Source: Balanoglossus misakiensis (lineage: Eukaryota; Animalia; Hemichordata). Taken from it: 64,000 nucleotides of DNA. Under the pieces are notes generated by a model. That model saw only the letters and a list, made by a program, of their open reading frames with translations, ran no database searches and was not told the origin of the DNA. The stretch is taken from contig CM082584.2 of NCBI GenBank assembly GCA_040954595.2, positions 12,244,875 through 12,308,874 on the forward strand, read 5' to 3'. Positions 38,197 to 50,500 of this stretch are shown here, piece by piece (the stretch's first letter is position 1; the number at the start of each line of letters is the position of its first letter). Made by a program: the position numbers and the translations under genes.

Positions 38197-39640
38197 AATC
38201 AAGTCCACTGTTCACCTACCAGGCAACCCATTATCCTATCTTTCCACCCCTATCTGCCCAAAGGACTTAGAACATTCTGATTGTTTTCAGTGACCCGATC
38301 AATCCATTTGTCCAGGGGAAAGGGGTGCAAGTGTCACATTGTGACGCCATGACACCAAACTGTTACCATGGGTACAATATGACAATTATGACCAAAAATG
38401 AAATGCAGAAGGCCAAAATCAAGTGTCTGTTCACGATTAAATTCAATTTTATATTCAGAGAAACCTATATTTTTCCTAATATTGTTCCACCTGAACCCAC
38501 CTTTCTTCGAACATAAAATATTACAAGTGTAAGTCACAGATATGGACTTATGAATGCAACTTACCTCTGAAGTTGATCACAGAAGTTTCAAGATTTTATG
38601 CGAGTGTGACAATTTTACTTTTGTGTCAAAAACATTGTTATCTCAGAGAAGGACTGTACTGGCATTTGGTTTTACAATAGTCGTCAGTTTCTCATTAAAA
38701 TAATAATTTATGTATCTTTCTCATTTTGATGTACTGTATAATAATATTGGGTCTGTTATTTGGAATTGATTTATACTGAGATGTTCAAGACTCTGGACTG
38801 AAAATGAAAGTACGGATAGTTGTATGATGTGTATATTCTGTATTCAGAGAGAAATTGATAAATTAGAACAGTTGCATTATTCTTTATCAGTAAAGTAGAA
38901 CATTCTCTGGCAATTTTTGTCTATGTAAAAAGTGCGATTTTTGTATTTGAGAAGAAATCAGGCTTAGAGTTACGTTCTCTCAGCAAACTGTTGTGAGTGC
39001 GCCATCACAGGTAGGGTGCCCTCGTGCCACGCCCGTAAATATCGTACTGCAAAAAAACACTGTACATTTTAAAATTAAAAGTTATCGTATTTGTGGCTTG
39101 TATTTATGGTGTATTCATCTTTTGAAAAATGTAAAAACAGGCAATATGTAAGTTTAGTCAGCATCTGTATATTTTGCTTTGTGGTAATGATATTTGCCAT
39201 TGTATAGTTCTGGAGATTTTCTTATATTTATTCGTTACTTTTCACTAGTTTACTAAGTTTTTAGACCTGTAAAGCCCAAGTAACTCCAACTTTTGCCTTT
39301 TTTCGAACTTTAACATTCATGTTACTCCACAGGCCATTGACCTCTAGTTTATAAAATACAATATTTATTCATGATCACATAAATTTTCATCAGTACTTTG
39401 TATCATTTGATTCCCCATCATCAACATGTTGAATTAAAATGCAAATCAGTGCTTTTGTCTCGGGTTTACCCTAATTATATGTTGTGTAATTGCTTATTTC
39501 ACCCTGGTGCGATAATTCGTGGGATGGTCAATTATATCCTGTGTAAAAGGGATAAAGTCGTCATGATTGTGTTCTTGTTATGTAAGAAAGGCCACAATTT
39601 CAGCTCTGCGTTGAAATGTTATGAAGGTGCGTCCTTCTTC

Positions 39641-39642
<2 letters not shown>

Positions 39643-39728
<86 letters not shown>
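39643..39728. repeat. (CAT)n trinucleotide microsatellite, about 28 units
   Basis: Perfect catcatcat run. Confidence 0.98.
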
Positions 39729-40261
39729 CGAGTGCTTAGTTTGCTATTGTTTTCGTGAACAGGTGTAACAACCTTTGCTTTCGTTGGGCCTATTTGAATA
39801 TTTGCGTGACCAGGTGCTATGAATTAATTATTTTCGCTCGTAGAAAAAAAAAACCGCACGATGCCACGTTGGTTTGCTGCTATTTTGAACTGGCCTAGTA
39901 GCCGCATTATCTTCTTGTCGAGGAGTTTTGGATCTAACTTTAAGGTAAAGTACCTGTGCGGTGCACATCATGCCTGTCTTGACAAGAATATTCTGCCTGC
40001 AGTCGAGATTTTCCTGGTTGATATTACGTGAGTGCGCGGTTCGAACTGGAGCCGTCCTGAGGGTAAGAGCCCGGTCACGCCCAAAATAAGTTTGCGTTTT
40101 TTCCCGTAAATATTTATTATTGCTATACTATCTGTAATTAAATTACATGTGATACCGTAAATAAAATGAGATCGTGTCCCATCGCGGACCATCGTTTGCG
40201 GTTTGCTGTTTGGATCCGAGTTTAAGAAATTTGCTATCAGGCCCAGTGGTCACTCCAACAT

Positions 40262-40638
40262 AGCTTGGGGGAGCATCCATGCTCGTTCCACAAAATTTCA
40301 AGATACCCCTAATCTGGAAGAAAATAAGACCAAAAAACACCTCAAGTACAAAATCCACGAGAGGCAGACGTAATTTTTCTATAATCGTATCGGAGGATGA
40401 GTCCCGAACAAGATTTTGTACAAGTTTTTAACGAGAGCAACGCCCAATGAAACTTTGGTGAAGTTCGGGGTGAAGTTTTAGCGTCTGATAGATATTTCCC
40501 GGGATATTGCAAACCGTTCTTCAGCCAGTTCTTTTAAAAGTTCCCCATTTCCTCGATTTCCCGGACCCGTGATAGGAAACAATAACCACCCCTTCCCCTT
40601 GATTTTGGGAATACGCATGGATATCAATTTCCCCCAAG
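40262..40638. repeat. Locally duplicated repeat, copy A
   Basis: Aligns by eye to 41236-41551 plus 41984-42045 (gcatccatgctcgtt, gatacccctaatctgg, agcgtctgatagatattt, agccagttctttta, tgattttgggaa..cgcatggata). Confidence 0.8.
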
Positions 40639-41235
40639 GGGATTTCTCTCATTCCAACGCATATACAGTGTTTGGGGACAGTAGATCCTCGTAGATCCGT
40701 CTGTTTCAACCCTCGGAGAAAAGGGAAACGAGAGAAAATTGTGCTTCACGGGCGCAAAAATTGGTGTCTTTTAAGCCCATTCCTTTCAAGTACGTTTTCA
40801 GAGAGAAAGATGGAGAACAAATAACTGTTGAAATGTACAGAGTTTTGCATCGCTATGCGGATCCTGGTGGAGATCACTTTCAGCCAATCAGGCGCTTCCT
40901 TTTCCTTGCGCGCACAAACATGATGAAATCTCCCGCTGAAATGTAGCATTTGGTATTTACTATTACGTTCGCTTGGTGTCAAATTGCAACATTTTTGGTA
41001 TTTTTCCGCTTGGTTCTGCTTTAGCGGTTCAGTTGACCACATGCCTTCATCGAAATAAAACGTGCTCTCTTATCCTGTGGGAGCAAGACTCTTAGCAACC
41101 TTTTTCATCTGAATACCACGGACAGGGGCGGAGAGATTCACGCATTCTAATGAGGAAAGAGAAGTCTTGATCAGGTGTGTAGGAATAATATTACAGAGCT
41201 ACCCGATTTATTCCCGTTGGTCTCACTCAAACGGA

Positions 41236-42045
41236 GCTTGGGCATCCATGCTCGTTTAACAGAATTTCAAAGATACCCCTAATCTGGCATTTTTCATCAA
41301 AAACACCTTCTTAATTTGAGAAATATGGGAGAAAATAAGACCCCCTCCTCCTTGATTACAAAACCCAGGCGAGGCACACGTGGTATTTCTGTAATCGCAT
41401 AGGAGGGTGAGTCCTGAACAGGATTTTGTACCAGTTTTTAATGAGAGTAACGCACAACGAAACTTTTGTGAAGTCCGGGGATGAAGTTTGAGCGTCTGAT
41501 AGATATTTCTCGGGATATTTCAAACCGTTCTTTAGCCAGTTCTTTTAGAAATGCCGCTGTCAGAGACGCGGAGCGTATCAGATTGGTGGACTGGCCGTCG
41601 TCGTCCGTCCGTTGTCCGTCAACATTTTCCTTCTTTGGTCTTCTCTGAAACCGCTGGTCCAATTGTTTGGAAATTTGGTCCAGTTTGTTCAAATTGTGGT
41701 TAAATTGGCATATTTGTATTTTTTGGGGGCAATTTTCCCTGTTTTTGTTCAAAAGTGAAGTCATTTTCTGTCAAACCGCTTGTGAGATTTCTTTCAAATT
41801 TTGTGTGTAGGTTCTAAGGGGTTCATTTTTATTAGTAGTAATATATAATGAAATTGTTCTTATATATGTATATATGTTAGCTTGTTGAATATTCAGCTTC
41901 TCATCATAACGTGCAAATCGATCCTGCTAACTGGTTATCTAATCATTTCTGCAACCCATTACAGAGCTCTATGGGCTGGTAGGTCCACCCCCTTCCCTGT
42001 GATTTTGGGAACACGCATGGATACTACCCCCCCCCCCCCTCCCAA
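41236..42045. repeat. Copy B of the same repeat, interrupted by an insertion of about 430 bp
   Basis: Similarity to copy A stops near 41551 and resumes near 41984. Confidence 0.75.
41552..41980 (+). mobile_element. Non-autonomous element (Helentron/DINE-like MITE) nested in repeat copy B
   Basis: Absent from copy A; carries a ccgtcgtcgtccgtccgt microsatellite-like head followed by aacattttc...ttctctgaaaccgctgg and aaatttggt motifs, resembling abundant invertebrate Helentron-associated elements. Class assignment is by resemblance only. Confidence 0.5.
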
Positions 42046-44092
42046 GTGTCACAACCGTAAGGTAAGATATATTTTTCTGCTGTCTTTTCGGTTCAACCTG
42101 CCAGTGTGTTGTAACTTCATTAGTCAGTCGCTCAATCCATCCATCTATCCATCAATCAATCAATCGATCAATCAATTTCGATCTCCCTACCACAAGATCA
42201 GTAGCATTGTCCTCATGGATATTAACATGTAATAAACATAGATGTCTGTCTCCCACTGTACGTGTACACTCTGTTGAAGGTTGACTGGTTGACTGCGAGA
42301 TTTTTGTGGCATGCACACAGTGCAGATAGCTATCGGTGTGGTCGTGTGAGCCGTAACTAAGTGCAGTGCGGAAAGGCTTTGCATTCAAAAACTTCATGCA
42401 CGACTTCATCTGACTTAAACGAGTTTCGTAGGCAATTTGGCTTCGACGCCGTCGGCTATACGGCAGTGTAGGCTGTCAACCGAGAATACTGAACGTGAAC
42501 CGAAGTGATGGAGACCAACTTGCTTTGCATACGCGCTGTAGGCGACAAATGCCTATGTTTGTCAGTAACCGAACACAGCTGCATGCGAGAGTAAATACAG
42601 TTTAACGTTGGAAACTGGGGTGAAGATGTATGGCAGGGTTTGATAGGGCGAAGGAGGCTGACAAAATGACGAGAAAAACTGAAATCCCGGTAGATGCGAG
42701 GGCTGCTTTAATCAAAACAAAAAGTAAAAAGAGGGCGCCATAACAAGTAACCATTGGAAACGCAGCCCAAGATGCTAAGTCCATCATAACTTTTAGAGAC
42801 GAAAGTATCAAATCCTTTAAACTTTCTGAAAAAAACCACATTTACGCAAAATTCTTTGATGACCTTTTTGAGAAAAAGCACACCGTCAAGTTACTTTTGA
42901 GAACAAAAAATGCAAGTATAACATCATGGAATGCTCTGGGCTATTCTTGAGAAAAATCTTATGATAAAAAAGACGATATATAAGTCTTCAGCCTGGGGCA
43001 GTATCTGTTACTCTGAAAAAACGCTCCGAATTTTTGCAAAATTGGATAAAAATAGTAATCATCAAACGATTGAAAAGTAAAATTGATATCGTTTGACTAT
43101 TACCAGATATGCGAGTGCTTATCCATGCGAAAGAATTCCGTTGGTTGACAGATTGGACATTTTATTCCGTTTGACGGGCCTTTCTGCAATTTGGGCACAA
43201 ATGTCAAGAATCCAATCTTATTTGACTCGACGTAACCGACGGCTAGATTTAGTATACGTAGTAATTTCCATTTTAAGGTTTTATTGGCCTATTCGTCTCG
43301 CGTTTCACCGCGGGCCATTCAAAAGAACAGATTTGCCTCAGGTGCGCGATATACAGGCAGCAATGTATTACAACCCCGTCTCCATGAAGTCCTCCGAATT
43401 CAGAATCGTTTTCACCTGGAAAGGTCAAGTAAAAAGAATTCAAGTCACACCCATATCAGACTTGTTCTTACTTAGAGTAATAAAAAAATCTCAGCTGACG
43501 AATGAGGCAGTAGTGATGATTTTTTTACATCCAGACGACAAGAAGTGGGTCCCTTTTTTTTCGAGAGCGCTTTTCTGCGAGAATCGTGCGCGTCGTCTGC
43601 TCCCACTGGGGCTCATTACGCAAATTAAAATGTCTTTGTTTGGAGCAGAGTCTGCCGGGTAATGGATTCCCCCCTCGGCTACAAACTTTCATTAACCGTT
43701 GATCTCGTCTCATGCATAGCTGACGAGGCCTAGGTGTATAGTCATTTGACGGCGATGGCCAAATCTTACAGATAAGAGAGTGTATTACGGCATCTCGCCA
43801 CTCTCAGTTCCCAATAAAAGTGTAATACACCGCATATGCTAGTGGTTCAGCGGTGATGTCGGCGATAAAAGCGAAGCAAAATGCCAATTATTATGCAAAA
43901 CAGCCCCAGGGATAAATTCGCAGTTACTGCTGAAATTACACCAGCCAACCGTACCATTACTTCAGGAAAATAAGTCCTTTCTGAGTACAGGCCAAAGCAT
44001 GATATACAACCGTCAAGACTGACGACTACTCTTGCCCCCCAGGTTCACGTTTTTACTGAAGGCCGCTTGCTCCCTCAGCGACCAAAACTCAA

Positions 44093-44537
44093 AAGGTGAA
44101 TTCCAGAAGTTGAAACTCTCCCCTGCACCCCACCGAAATTGAAATGTCATTCAACGAAAACGCCATCAAATCGTTCAGAAATGTGTACTTGTTTTTTCAC
44201 CAAAGACTTTTTTTCTCATTCACTTCTGCAGGTGGCGCCATGAAACTTGATGTGGTCCTAAAAACCCTGAATTTGATGTGCAAGCATAAGCCAACTTAAG
44301 GTAATCCCAAGGTGAATTCCAGAAGTTGAACTCTAGCCTGTACCCCACGAAATTGAAATGTCATTCAACGAAAACGCCATTGAATCGTTCAGGAATGTGT
44401 ACTTGTTTTTTCACCGAAAAATCAGACTTTTTTTTACTTTTTTCACTCATTCATTTCTGCAGGTGGCGCCGTGAAACTTGATGTGGTCCTAAAAACTCTG
44501 AATTTGATGTGCATGCAGAGAACAGCTTAAGGTAATC
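44093..44537. repeat. Two-copy tandem duplication, unit about 215-230 bp
   Basis: aaggtgaattccagaagttgaa...cttaaggtaatc at 44093-44306 and 44309-44537. Confidence 0.92.
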
Positions 44538-47500
44538 AACTTTCGAAATTCGGATTGGTTAAGTTTACGTGTGTCATCCTTTCTGGGGAGAGGGCGGGTT
44601 TTCTGAGGGAGACATGGCCGTTTACTTATCTCACCATTCCTACAAATATATTTCTTTCATAGGACGTGTTATTCATGTTGCTCTGAACCCGGAAACGCCC
44701 TTTATAATGGTTGATCGCGGTTGGTCGGCACAGCTGAACCTACAATTCCCAGCAAGTACTTCAGTGACGTAATGTATGGTATGTACCGGTACTTCATGTA
44801 CACAATTTTAAGAGAGCCAAACACTATCACTTTGAATAATTTATTAATTGCACATTAGCATTCAAAAGTCAGGCGCGCCACCATGGTTTTTTAGACGTGC
44901 GTTCGGACTTGAGCGCGATCCGCGAACGCGCATAGCAAGTTACGCGCATACTGACTTTCTTTTGAAACGTGTCGCGCAGCATGGTCCGAGGTGGATATTG
45001 CTTTCAAAAGAAAAAAAATAATGACAATGAACTGTTCGGAATCTCCAGTCTTTAATGACCCGAAACAGCGATTGCGCCACTTGACACAGAGACATATCCC
45101 ATACTAGTATTTGATCTGGACTTGTAAAACCCCACAGTTCATCTCATAACTCGGGTTGTTACACAGCAGGGAATACCCAGCAAATGAGCTGTGAGAAACG
45201 TTATGACGTAGAAGCATCTACTGAAAAGATATAACCGTATTTCACAGCTCGTAATATAAGATCGTAATTTTGTATCCACCGGAGGAGTAAGTTTCTGATA
45301 TCCCATAATATGGCGCCATGCACGATCACAGGTCACAGAGTAAATGTACCGGTACTAGTATTCTTCATGCTTTGTGTTTTTATATGGTGTAACAGGAAGG
45401 AGTCTAAACTTCTCAGGTGCAACCCAATCTCTTGAATTTCTAGTTCTTTTCTTTATCATAAATATACGATCTAAACAGCATCGTTCCAGGCAGTCTGGTC
45501 GTGTTTGTGACCAACTTCGAGCAAATTACCCCCTCTACGGTCGAATGTGGTACGCATTGACAGGTATTGATCACCTGAATATTGTACCGTTGCTCTTTTT
45601 TTCCAGAAAGAGAGAGGGGGTGATGGGGGATTTAGATGGAGAGGCTTTTTTCAAGCTGATGGCTTTGGCTTTGAATTTTGTACAAAAGACTGACAGTGGT
45701 TTAGTCTTAATATTACAATTGTGCTAGTTTTTCCCCACATACTGCCAACTCTGTTGCTGAATATGATATAATAGGCTTCACAAAATATTAAGTACTAAAT
45801 CTCCGGGGCAAAGGTCACAATGTCTGGTGGAACATAAAACAAGTTGGACACGAAACGTTGAGATGCAAGCCACTTTTTATTTTACAGCCGCGTTTTTATC
45901 GAAATTGACTATAGTATAGTAGATAATTGTATTTGTATGATATTGCAAAAATACACGTCTCAGAAACTTCACTAGATAGATAAATATTGATATTAAATTG
46001 TAAAATACTGTCAAAAATCACGTCAAGAAAAAATATCAAATTTTGAAGAAAGGCTTAAATGCGTCTGGGTTCGGTTGCTGGCGCTTGTAACTCTAGCATT
46101 AAAAGCATGTGAATATTAAAAGGAACATTTAAATTTGCCATTAAAAATACAAACCTGATTGAAAAGGTCGAAAGAATTTGGTTTAGTAGGTAATGATAAT
46201 GTGCCAACAGGGAACAATTATTTGCGATAAGCAACAATCTTCTCGAAAATTGACATTGAACGAATAGATTGAGAAAATATATGAGTACATTAAAAATTCT
46301 CAACATAATGAGCCTGATAACCATAAGTATCTTCAGCCACAGGTAAAACTGCCCACAAAATGCAGGGCAATTCTCGACACTATTTAACATAGCTGCTTTG
46401 TAAATAGGATAAATGTGCGGATGGTGTATATTTTTGTCTATTTCATCGTTATAAATGAAATTGCACCCCACCTTGGCCGTTTTCCAGGCCGAGGCTTTCG
46501 TATCTCAAAATGGGGTTAGAAAAGTCTAGGGTTGTGTTTCTGGAGCGCCTTTAGACCTTTGTGGACGGTAAATTGGTGAAATTTGCATCTTATTTTTGTG
46601 GAGTGTTCCGATAACTTTGTGCCGCTGCTGTTCAACCTGGGAAGTTGCTTTGTCACTTGTGTTCTAGCGTCAATACGGATGATGATTTTGTGGTCATGTT
46701 TGTTCGAAAAATGCGGTGATTTACACGAATTGTTAAATGAATACTCTGGGTAAACTTTAAGGTAAAGTGATTGAAACACCTCGTTCTGTTTCCTCTATCC
46801 CAAACCATAAATTGCCAGATCATGGTAGAATCGATATTGTGCTTCTCCTTTGAAATTGTAGTAGGCAAGTTTCTCATTGAACTGTAATATGAATTACGCT
46901 GTGCGCAGTGCATCACAGATAATCAGCACACAAAAGATGTTGAAACTGATACAGTCTTGAAAGGGAAAGAGTATTTGCCCATAAAAATCTTAACAGGGCT
47001 AATATAAAATATGTTGTTTGAAAACTTGCAAGCACCAAATCTTATATAAAAATCCATTAGTAATGACAAAGGCAGCAACATCTTGTCCAGCGTGTTCAGA
47101 TGTCTTAAAATACACATCTAATAAAAAGCTTCCTCAAACGAGGTTATATATGAATAGAAAGATGACGCGACCCTGTCTTTGTTAGTGATGTGCATAATTT
47201 ATCATAATACGTGAAAAAAGAACTACACCAAAATCACTCTCCTCTCTACATCTACGTTAAAAACTTGTTAAAATATCGGTGTTTAAAAAGTCAACTTGCA
47301 GCCGTGCGCAATTCTATTTTTAAAGACCAATAACCGAACCCTGCATGGACACTCAAAACGTTTTAAAAGTGCTCTCTATGCCTATGTACAGCAACAGAAT
47401 GTCAAAATGTGACGTTATATAAAAGATATGTTTAGTGAATAGATGGTTGGTTTGCATGCTGCAGTTTTTTTAATTTTTAAAATGTAAATAGTTGCTGAAA

Positions 47501-50500
47501 GAATTAGGCAACGTGGTGTATCATGAATGCGAGATATGTTGTCAATCACATTCTGGCATAGATCGTCAGAAGAACCACATCCGGGGTCTGGAATGAAGGC
47601 AAATGTGTCTTGCAACGTTGTTGCACCCACGTAGCTCAAGCAGTGTACGAACTACATCTAACCCAGCGGAGAGCTGAAATTTCTTCACCTGAATTCATCT
47701 CAAGTAACATTCCTAAAAATTACAAGTGTTGTTTGGATAAGTCAAATCAGGTATTCAGTGATCGAACGAGGTTCGACAGCTGTCTTTTCGGTGCACCCAA
47801 AAAGCAATATGGCTACTGATGTGACAAGACAAATTTCAAGACAAAGATCAAAGACAACTTTACGCTTCCGTCGTAAGAAAACCTTTTAGGTGCGGAAATT
47901 AGGGACATTTTGTGACAGTTAATGGTCTTGAACTCGACGCGCTACATCTGATGCCAGTCAACAAGTTTATGATATTTCGCTAAACGAACACTTTATGTAC
48001 AGCGTTTTTTTTTTCATATAGCTTTTGATAAAATCCTACCAGGCATGCAACTATTCCAAAGGGCATTGTTTCACCAGTTTCATTACGTGTCGAGTTCAAT
48101 GAAACTGTGAACGTTGACTAGGAAAACAGCATCCGACAGAAACATTTCGTATAAATCTTTCTTACTATGCCGTGGCATTTTTTTTTTGTTAGTAAAAGTG
48201 ACAAAAATAGCGAAGTGGATACGAAACGTTGAGAATCTGCACCGCGGTGTGATCGGTTGGTGAAGTAGTGTTTGTGGAGTGTTTAGTTATAATCTGAGGC
48301 AGCGTGTACCTCAGCTGTTGTGGCGAACGATGTGTCAACGGGAATGTGTGCTTTACGTGAGCTGCGCTGGCGACGGCTGTTTCCGTTTCAAACAAGAACA
48401 CGCCTCGAGGCTGGTGGCTAAATTGGATTTTCGCAAAATTAAAAACAAATGATGGAAGAATCAAACGTTTCTTTATAAATTCCATTCAGGTGCATTTTGG
48501 ACACTCCTTGCAATAGTTCAAAAGCAATAATTGAGGGTCAATGTACTAGCTTCCAGACGTCTATATGTACGTAGATCTTATAACGTTATCTAGCCCGCTG
48601 ATATTGTTGTACAGTGTAGCGTAACTTTCCCCATACAATAAATAGAGACATAATAAAAGTGCAGTGTACGTGTGAGCCGTAAGATTAATCTATGCAAATT
48701 CTTCTCGATGTATACATGTATGATTAAACTAAAATAATGATTCCGTTTATTTTGTGAATATGTGATGTGCATATAGTTGCAACGTAATGCCCCAAATCGC
48801 TATTTAGACAACATTCTGCAAGTGCTTGTTATATGTACGTGGAACTGTTTTTTTGCGAAGCAACCGATAAATCTACACGGGTTGCACCCAAAGATGAGCT
48901 CACATAGTCATAACCTACAGACGAAAGTTTTGCGAGTTGTTGTCTTGTACCGCCACAAAATGCGTCACATGACTCACAGAGACAACCAAAGAAATTGTCG
49001 ATCTCTGCTTTTGCTGCTGATCATGTGACGGCTGGTGCACGCCAGCTGCAGACCAAGATGGAGCCACCACGCACATTCCACAAAAGGTGTCGTTATTGAA
49101 GGCGATGTGACGAAGGAAGCATATCATTATCTCGTATTTCCTCAGCTTGAATCGCAGTACAAATTGCCTACAGGTAGAAGAAAAAAGAACGGAAGCTTTA
49201 ACAAGATTGTTCATAAAATGTCTACCGCGACAAAGACAACCCAGAGGTTGTCCTGTCTTCTGAGTTTCGTGTATTGTGGGTGGTTCCGTCGAAGTGTTAC
49301 TCCGTCGGTCCCATAAACTACATTTTGTGTGACCAGACTCAAAGACTTGGCTCTTTGCCTTAGCAACGGGTTGCGGGCCAAGTAATACAAATCACTCTTT
49401 GTATAAAAATAGAATAGGTGCAGAGTTTAATAAAAATTGACACTTTTGGGCAATGTATTGTTTGTCCTGTGTCACATGAGAATGCCCCCCCCCCCCTCTC
49501 CCATAGATACTTCATAGCCACGCAAGATATCGCAAGGTCTCATGGCGTTTGGAAAATGGTCTATTTAAGTTGAGAGATGGGTGGGGACGTCTGCTCTTCA
49601 GTTCAGGTCCCATTTCCGAGATCTTGCAAGCCACCTCACATGTTCTAAGCATTATTGTTATGCTAATTTCACTCAAGTCCAATTATATCAGTCACGTTAG
49701 TGTCTCTAGACGGGTGAATTAGACGCAAGAGAATTGTCTTCTTTGTCTGAGCTCGACAGAACATCACTAACGCGAGCACAATTTAATGACCGTTGTCGTT
49801 TCTGTTAGCCTGAGTCAACTGAGACGCCCGTGACCAGTTCTTGATAAATCTCACTGTTTTTTTCTGGAAAGGGAATTGATATGGATTTTTTAAAATTGTG
49901 GTTGGGATTCAACAACCAGATGAGTGCACACGCGGGGTTTACTCATCAATTTAAGGGGATTGCTCACGGGTTTCTGCACCCTTCTTGCTGTCTGTGATCA
50001 CTGATTCAGGATTTTATTCGGACGATTCAATTAATCTCTCCATGACTGGTACAATCCAGATGGGGTCTGTCACGACAATGCCAACATCAGTTAAATATAC
50101 CATCTATTAAACGTACACCGATCCATCATAATTAGACTGTAAATGGGGCGGAGAAGAGGAAGAAGTTAATTGTGTTTAGAGTTTCTCACATGTTGAGCTC
50201 ATTCTGATCCATTTGGTAGACATAGAGCTGAACTGGCTTGAACGTCATTTTACAACGGGGAGGGTGGACGCCCGAGTTGGCCATATCCGAACACTTCGAA
50301 TCACATGCGCCCCGACCCCCCTGTCAACGACTACAGAGCACTCCCTTACTGTGAATTTCACAAAGAAGGATATTAATCATAGCGATATTGGTGAACGTCT
50401 TAAAGTGGCGTCTATATGTATATAAGGGTTTAGGGAATTTTAACGGAGTAATCTCCAGTAACTTTGCCGTAATTCCCAAGCTTAAAGTCTGCGAGGTCAC

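Noticed and set aside
39398-39739. ORF with a poly-Ile run
   Set aside because: Artefact of the (CAT)n microsatellite.
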